From: an uncultured Bacteroidota bacterium
Lineage (GTDB): Bacteria; Bacteroidota; Bacteroidia; Bacteroidales; GCA-2748055
Direction of reading: 5' to 3'
NCBI GenBank assembly: GCA_963713725.1
Contig: CAVQMZ010000024.1
Location: 5,664-69,663 of the forward strand
DNA length: 64,000 nucleotides
Part shown: positions 58,321 to 64,000 of the stretch, in pieces
Layout of the letters: every line of letters starts with the position of its first letter
Numbering within the stretch: position 1 is the first letter of the stretch
Translations under genes and position numbers: made by a program
Notes under the pieces: generated by a model
What the model saw: only the letters and a program-made list of their open reading frames with translations
What the model was told of the DNA's origin: nothing
The model's database searches: none

Positions 58321-59190
58321 CTATTTGACCAGTTCGGCCATTCTTTGCCCGATTTCAGCAGGTGAAACCACTACCGATATGCCACATTCTTCCATGATCT
58401 GCATTTTTGCTTCAGCCGTATCAGCCTTTCCACCGATAATTGCTCCCGCATGGCCCATCCGCCTTCCCTTGGGCGCAGTCTGACCTGCAATAAAGCCAAC
58501 CACAGGCTTGGTGCCATGGTCCTTGATCCATAGTGCAGCCTCGGCTTCCATGCTTCCACCAATCTCTCCAATCATGATAATGCCCTTGGTCTGATCGTCT
58601 TCCATCAAGAGTTGAACCGCATCTTTTGTTGTGGTTCCAATGATGGGATCGCCGCCGATTCCAATGCAGGTGGACTGTCCAAGTCCGGTTTTGGTAATCT
58701 GGTCAACTGCCTCGTAAGTAAGGGTTCCCGATCTGGATACAATTCCGATGCATCCCTCCTGGTGAATGAAGCCGGGCATAATTCCAGCTTTAGCCTGACC
58801 AGGTGTAATAATTCCGGGGCAGTTTGGACCGATAAGCCTGGTGTCCTTATGAGAGAGATATTCTTTTACCTTGATCATATCAGCGGTTGGTATTCCTTCA
58901 GTGATACAGATCACAAGGCCAATCCCTGCATCGGCCGCCTCCATGATGGCATCGGCCGCAAAGGCAGGAGGTACAAAAATTACGGAGGTATCAGCTCCTG
59001 CCTGATCTACAGCTTCCTGAACCGTGTTAAAAACGGGTTTGCCCAGGTGTTCCTGTCCTCCCTTACCCGGGGTAACACCCCCAACAACATCGGTCCCATA
59101 TTCCAACATCTGGGTCGCATGAAAGGTGCCCTCGCTCCCGGTAAATCCCTGCACAATTACTTTGGAATGCTTATTTAATAGTACGCTCAT
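58321..59190 (-). CDS. sucD: succinate--CoA ligase subunit alpha
   Basis: 289-aa ORF with [23 protein letters not shown] and the phosphohistidine loop GHAGAII. Confidence 0.95.
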   Translation of the reverse strand: MSVLLNKHSKVIVQGFTGSEGTFHATQMLEYGTDVVGGVTPGKGGQEHLGKPVFNTVQEAVDQAGADTSVIFVPPAFAADAIMEAADAGIGLVICITEGIPTADMIKVKEYLSHKDTRLIGPNCPGIITPGQAKAGIMPGFIHQEGCIGIVSRSGTLTYEAVDQITKTGLGQSTCIGIGGDPIIGTTTKDAVQLLMEDDQTKGIIMIGEIGGSMEAEAALWIKDHGTKPVVGFIAGQTAPKGRRMGHAGAIIGGKADTAEAKMQIMEECGISVVVSPAEIGQRMAELVK

Positions 59191-59265
59191 AAGGTTTTCT
59201 CTTTATTTTTTGTCCCTTCAAAAGTAAAACAAAGAAGTTGAATACAAAACAAAATATTTTTACTT

Positions 59266-60402
59266 TTGGACGTGGAAGCAATCCTATATATTGGTATTTC
59301 CCAAACTCTTGTTGCAGGAATTCTGATTGGGCTGAAGAAACCCAGGATGATGGCCAACCAGGTTCTGGCCGCGCTGTTGCTGCTGATCTGCATTGAGATG
59401 ATCATCGTTCTTGTCAATGAATCCCTGCTTAATCTCTATACCATAAGAATATTGCCTTATGCTTATGGCCCCCTGCTTTTATTGTATGCGACCTTTGTAA
59501 CCAGTGAAAAACCTACTTATAATCCACGCTACCTCTGGCATTTCTTACCTTTTTTCATATTTCTGATCGTTTCCCTTATTTTTATTGACGAGCCAGTGAT
59601 GGATGGCACCCATGAATTTCTTAACGGAGATCGCTTCATTTCATTCAGGATTGTCTATGCTGCCACCTTCTTTGTCTCCATCACGGCCTATTCGGTGGCT
59701 ACATTTATCGTTATCAGGCGTCACCAGAAAAGACTCATGGAACTGGTCTCCTACTCATCAGCTAAAATTACACTGCAATGGTTGACAGGCCTATCCATTA
59801 CTTTTTATTCGGCCTACATACTTATGTTCATATTTGGAGGAGTTGATATTATAGTCGGTTTCATGCCATTTGACCCCTATGAGACCTCCTTTATCGGGCT
59901 TACCATACTGACCTTCCTGTTTACGATTTTCGGATTTCATCAGCCCAGTATATTTGAAGAGGTTGTAAGGGAACACGAGGGAATTATTCAATTAATTCCC
60001 GATAATGGTGAGCAGAAAAAATATGCCCGTTCCGGTCTGAAAAAGAAGGATGTTGATCGCTACATTAAAAAGCTCGAGCAACACCTTGAAAAGAATAAGC
60101 CATACAGGGACAGGGAGTTGAGTATTTTTGACCTTTCAGACCAACTGCAAATTCCGCGTCACTTTCTCTCCGAGGTGATTAACGAACACCTGGGCAAAAA
60201 TTTCTATACCCTGGTGAATGAATACCGGATTGAGGAAGTTAAAGAAAGAATGGTGGATCCTGCCTATAAACACCTGACCATACTGGCCATTGCCTATGAT
60301 GCGGGATTTAACAGCAAGTCCAGTTTTAATACCATTTTTAAGCAGAAGACAGGTATGACGCCCAGTGAATATTTAAAATCCTTCAACGCCACAAATTCCT
60401 GA
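59266..60402 (+). CDS. AraC-family transcriptional regulator with polytopic membrane N-terminal domain; start codon uncertain (TTG in track)
   Basis: 378-aa ORF with about six TM helices followed by a C-terminal HTH_18 domain (LAIAYDAGFNSKSSFNTIFKQKTGMTPSEY). Confidence 0.8.
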   Translation: MDVEAILYIGISQTLVAGILIGLKKPRMMANQVLAALLLLICIEMIIVLVNESLLNLYTIRILPYAYGPLLLLYATFVTSEKPTYNPRYLWHFLPFFIFLIVSLIFIDEPVMDGTHEFLNGDRFISFRIVYAATFFVSITAYSVATFIVIRRHQKRLMELVSYSSAKITLQWLTGLSITFYSAYILMFIFGGVDIIVGFMPFDPYETSFIGLTILTFLFTIFGFHQPSIFEEVVREHEGIIQLIPDNGEQKKYARSGLKKKDVDRYIKKLEQHLEKNKPYRDRELSIFDLSDQLQIPRHFLSEVINEHLGKNFYTLVNEYRIEEVKERMVDPAYKHLTILAIAYDAGFNSKSSFNTIFKQKTGMTPSEYLKSFNATNS

Positions 60403-61771
60403 ACGATTTTCCGATCACCGACCTGTATATCCTCAGGTAAAACGAGGGATAGGGTGGATATTTCAGAAACATTTCAAACCAATTATACTTATGCATGATG
60501 GTTTTTTGCTGGCTGAAGGTCTCAAAACCAGCTCTGCCGTGATAAGAACCCATTCCCGACTCCCCCACGCCCCCAAAGGGGGTATCCAGATTTAAAAATA
60601 GCAGAACCACATCATTTATCATGGCCCCTCCCGAAGGAAGTTCCCTTGCGAGTTTTTTAGCTTTTTTTACATCACCTGTAAAAAGATAAAGCATCAGGGG
60701 GGAAGCTTGCTGCTTCAGGGTTTCCACAAGCTGGTCCAGATCTGAATAGGATATCAGGGCCATGACCGGTCCGAATACCTCCTCCTGCATGATGGGGTCA
60801 CCGGGCTGAACGCCATCCAGGACCGTAGGTGCAATATATAGATCACCCCTGTCGGCATCTCCTCCGGCAACTACCTTTTCCCGATCAATTAGCGCAAGGA
60901 CCCTGTCAAAGTGTTTCTCATTCACGATCCTTGGAAGTGAAGGGCTCTGTCGTGGATCTTCCCCTAATATTTTTGGAAGGTACTTCTTAACCTCCTGAAT
61001 GAATTCCTCCCGGATGGACTCGTGAACATAAATCTGATCGGGTGATACACAGGCCTGCCCGTTGTTATGATACTTACCCCAGGTGATTCTTTTGGCAGCC
61101 CTTTTCAGGTTGCAGCCTGGCATTATAATGGCAGGATTTTTTCCACCCAGCTCAAGGGTAAGGGGAGTCAGATGTTCAGCTGCAGCCTTCATGACCACTC
61201 TACCCACCTGAGTACTCCCGGTGAAAAATATCTTATCGAATTTCTGCTCAAGTAGCTCAGTCGTTTCCTTCACCCCACCCTCTTGCACATAAAACAACTC
61301 CCTCGGGAAGTTATTATTAATGAGTGAGGCCAGGGCCGCTGATGAATTTGCAGTAATCTCACTGGGTTTTAATATAACAGTGTTCCCGGCAGCAAGAGAT
61401 GAGATGGCAGGAACCAGGGAAAGCATATATGGATAATTCCAGGGGCCGATCACAAGGCTTACCCCCAGGGGTACATTTATGGTTCTGGTTGCCGCCGGAA
61501 AGTTCGCCAGGTTGGTTCTGGCATATTTCGGGGAGGACCATCGCCTCATTTTTCTCAAATTATGATTGATTTCACCATAGGGAATACTCAATTCATTCTC
61601 GATGGTTAGCATCAGGGACTTTTGGAAGTCTTTCTGGATGGCCTCGGCAAGTATTTGCTCATTCTCAAGCAGGAGGCGATACAATTTCCGGAGGGCTTCC
61701 TTCCTGTTCTTCAGGGGTTTTGTATGTCCATCCAGGAAATATTTACGCTGGATTTGCACCAATTCTTTCAT
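60383..61771 (-). CDS. NAD(P)-dependent aldehyde dehydrogenase (class 3-like)
   Basis: 462-aa ORF with FTGSTQVGRVV, ELGGKNP and catalytic-Cys context NNGQACVSPD. It overlaps the convergent AraC gene end by 20 nt. Confidence 0.9.
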   Translation of the reverse strand: MKELVQIQRKYFLDGHTKPLKNRKEALRKLYRLLLENEQILAEAIQKDFQKSLMLTIENELSIPYGEINHNLRKMRRWSSPKYARTNLANFPAATRTINVPLGVSLVIGPWNYPYMLSLVPAISSLAAGNTVILKPSEITANSSAALASLINNNFPRELFYVQEGGVKETTELLEQKFDKIFFTGSTQVGRVVMKAAAEHLTPLTLELGGKNPAIIMPGCNLKRAAKRITWGKYHNNGQACVSPDQIYVHESIREEFIQEVKKYLPKILGEDPRQSPSLPRIVNEKHFDRVLALIDREKVVAGGDADRGDLYIAPTVLDGVQPGDPIMQEEVFGPVMALISYSDLDQLVETLKQQASPLMLYLFTGDVKKAKKLARELPSGGAMINDVVLLFLNLDTPFGGVGESGMGSYHGRAGFETFSQQKTIMHKYNWFEMFLKYPPYPSFYLRIYRSVIGKSFRNLWR

Positions 61772-61904
61772 GCCTTAAAAGTAGTAAATATTACTCCCAT
61801 TGGTTCAATCCAACAAGTCTGAACCTATTCGAAAGCCTAAATAGGTGCAAACCGCGAAAAACGGGCGATATTTGTTTCTCCTCAATCTACTTTTGAGTAA
61901 AAAG

Positions 61905-63326
61905 CGAATGAGGAAAGTGGCTGGAATTTTTTACTTAATGCTGTTATCATCTCTGATAACTTCTCAAGCCACTTCACAAGGCCTGTTTGAATCCTCCCAA
62001 TCCGGGAATCACGAGACTTTAGTTAGCAGCAAACTCTCCCTGGGAGGATTCATCCGGTCTTTGGCTTATGTAGCCCAATCCCCCGAGAACCAGGAATACT
62101 ATTTTCAGAGTGCCTACGCACAGGTAGGACTTTTAATGGATGCAAAAGCCGGTGATTGGGCATCTGCAAAAGCAGACATCCGCTTCAGGTATGGAACCGA
62201 ATACAGGCAAAGTGTAGCCCAGGCAGAAATCCGGGAGCTATATATAGATGTATGGAAAGGCCCGGTGAGTCTGAAATTTGGAAAGCTGATTACACCCTGG
62301 GGCAAGGGAAGCTTCTTTAATCCCACCGATAAACTTACTCCCATTGACCCAACGGTACGCTCACCTCAGGAGGATGATATGAAGCTTGGGTACTGGGGCA
62401 TGCAGGCGGGGATAAATCTAGGCCAGCATATGAAACTCTCAGCCACCTGGAAACCATTGTATCAAGCCAGTGTGCTTCTGATCGATCCTGTTCCCATGCC
62501 TGAGTATGTAAATTTTATGAAGCCTGAATACCCTGGAGTAGAATTGAACCAGGGAAGTTACGGCATCTCTTACAGCCTCTTTACCAGTATTATGGATGTT
62601 TCTCTGTACTGGTATGATGGTTATTCCAACTGGCCCGGAATCGCCTATAACAACTTTGTTCTGGATTCCATGACCATGGAGCCTGTCGCCCTGAACCTTT
62701 ATCAAAAGGCTTACAAAATCAGGATGGCAGGCGCAGATTTTTCCGTCCCGGTGGGATCATGGATTTTCAGAGGGGAAGCCGCCTGGCAGCATACCACCGA
62801 AGCACCCGGCAGTGCAGAGTACCTTCCCCTTCATCAGCTGTCTTACACAGCAGAAATTGAAAAAAGCGGAACTCATGTAAACCTGCTGGCTGGCTACGAA
62901 GGCAAATACATCATAGATTATTTCCCCCTTGAGGCTGAACCCTCACTCAGCGGCGGACAAGAACAACTTTCCCTCATGATGCAGAGTGGCTTTGTTCCGG
63001 ATGGAGAGGCCATAGATGAAATCGTCAGAGGACAGATAGGCGCATTCAACCGTCTCTATAACTACCAGGTGGAGAAATTTTATCATACGCTTTTCCTGTC
63101 TCTGAAGGTAGATCTATGGCACGATCAGCTGGAGATTAACCTTCCTGTGATTTCCTACCTCACCACAAATGAGTGGGTATTTCAACCCGGGATCACATAT
63201 AAACCTGTGGATGGATTAAATATTAGCGCCGGATTCAGCTCACTTTACGGGCCTGATAATTCCCTGTTGAATATGGTAGGACCCACACTGAACGCCGGAT
63301 ACCTTTCTATTAAACTTTCATTTTAA
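61905..63326 (+). CDS. putative outer-membrane beta-barrel protein (DUF1302-like)
   Basis: The internal start MRKVAGIFYLMLLSSLITSQA gives a signal peptide. The sequence has an alternating beta-strand character and a C-terminal aromatic residue (KLSF). It sits upstream of an MMPL/RND-type gene. Confidence 0.45.
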   Translation, partial: RMRKVAGIFYLMLLSSLITSQATSQGLFESSQSGNHETLVSSKLSLGGFIRSLAYVAQSPENQEYYFQSAYAQVGLLMDAKAGDWASAKADIRFRYGTEYRQSVAQAEIRELYIDVWKGPVSLKFGKLITPWGKGSFFNPTDKLTPIDPTVRSPQEDDMKLGYWGMQAGINLGQHMKLSATWKPLYQASVLLIDPVPMPEYVNFMKPEYPGVELNQGSYGISYSLFTSIMDVSLYWYDGYSNWPGIAYNNFVLDSMTMEPVALNLYQKAYKIRMAGADFSVPVGSWIFRGEAAWQHTTEAPGSAEYLPLHQLSYTAEIEKSGTHVNLLAGYEGKYIIDYFPLEAEPSLSGGQEQLSLMMQSGFVPDGEAIDEIVRGQIGAFNRLYNYQVEKFYHTLFLSLKVDLWHDQLEINLPVISYLTTNEWVFQPGITYKPVDGLNISAGFSSLYGPDNSLLNMVGPTLNAGYLSIKLSF

Positions 63327-63343
63327 ACTTCAAAGCATTAAGC

Positions 63344-64000
63344 ATGAGTCATAAAATCATAAAATACCGCTGGTGGATCATATCTTTTTCCCTGCTGATC
63401 ACCCTGGGATTCTCCACCCTCCTGTTCAAACTGGAAATCGATCCGGAACTAAAAAATTACTTTCCCAAGGGAATGGAATCCATGGTTAATACAGACCGGA
63501 TTGAAGAGGTCTTTGGCAACCAGGACCTGGTCATGATCATTTTCGAAACTGAGGATGTACTGAGCGAGAATACCCTGAAGCGGATTAAAAAGCTGGAAAA
63601 GGAATTTGGTCGTGTTGAGGGAGTCAGCCGGACCTCATCCCTGTTTGGATCAAACCATATTTATGGTGAAGACGGAGTCATGTACGTGGAGCCAACCGTA
63701 AAGAGAATTCCCCGTAACGAACAGCAAAGGGAGGAGCTGAGGAAAGATATTCGGGATAATAATTTGGTATATGAAGTGATGGTAAGTAATGACTTCACCG
63801 CCACATGTTTAATGCTGACTTTAGAGGAGGATGCGCTTGAAACTGCTGTGTTTGCAGAATTCTATTCCCTGCTGGACGCAAATCCGGGTGATGAGAAGGT
63901 GCATTTCGGAGGCCTGCCTTACCTGCGGCAGGCCATTGATAAGGACATTAAAAGAGATGGGCTCACCCTGATCCCCATTGCCCTTATCCTGATGCTGATA
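63344..64000 (+). CDS. MMPL/RND-superfamily exporter, N-terminal part (runs off the right edge)
   Basis: Manual translation from ATG 63344 gives MSHKIIKYRWWIISFSLLITLGFSTLLF... A large periplasmic loop follows, then ...DIKRDGLTLIPIALILMLI. It is not in the ORF track because it is truncated. Confidence 0.65.
   Translation, partial: MSHKIIKYRWWIISFSLLITLGFSTLLFKLEIDPELKNYFPKGMESMVNTDRIEEVFGNQDLVMIIFETEDVLSENTLKRIKKLEKEFGRVEGVSRTSSLFGSNHIYGEDGVMYVEPTVKRIPRNEQQREELRKDIRDNNLVYEVMVSNDFTATCLMLTLEEDALETAVFAEFYSLLDANPGDEKVHFGGLPYLRQAIDKDIKRDGLTLIPIALILMLI

Overview
The window is a Bacteroidota chromosomal segment, judged from a SusC/SusD pair, T9SS C-terminal sorting domains and an rpmB-rpmG-DUF4295 cluster. 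All calls come from manual reading plus the ORF track; nothing was computed or searched.

- **0-9.5 kb:** core genes. These are an SDR fragment, an Xaa-Pro aminopeptidase, two divergent DEAD-box helicases, an FtsX-type permease, a DUF5009-like acyltransferase and an exported peroxiredoxin.
- **9.7-27.9 kb:** a beta-1,3-glucan (laminarin)-type polysaccharide utilisation locus. It contains a Y_Y_Y/LuxR regulator, SusC, SusD, a CBM9-like T9SS-sorted protein, a GH16-CBM6 laminarinase, an MFS sugar porter, a clan GH-A lipoprotein glycosidase and an 1148-aa cytoplasmic GH149/GH94-like candidate glucan phosphorylase.
- **27.9-37.1 kb:** an A+T-rich accessory stretch, and the most unusual part of the window. 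It holds a multiply frameshifted TonB-dependent receptor, a flavodoxin and a sensor-gene remnant. It also holds an array of seven direct copies (some partial) of a composite structured repeat. These copies separate small toxin-antitoxin cassettes: higBA, an ORF6N gene, three NTase/HEPN pairs and one gene fragment. The repeat hairpin ends match both the integron attC R''/R' consensus and the E. coli dif XerD arm. No recombinase gene is present in the window.
- **37.2-64 kb:** core genes. These are a TPR lipoprotein, gyrA, clpC, rimO, ftsY, DUF4295-rpmG-rpmB, cinA, tRNA-Gly(CCC), a tetR-tolC-acrA-acrB efflux operon, an M48 peptidase, fabG, sucD, an AraC regulator, an aldehyde dehydrogenase, and an OM barrel plus an MMPL exporter.

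Caveat: roughly three dozen reading-frame breaks (hand count) occur in blocks. Two of them fall in essential gyrA, so many 'pseudogenes' here may be indel sequencing errors rather than biology.
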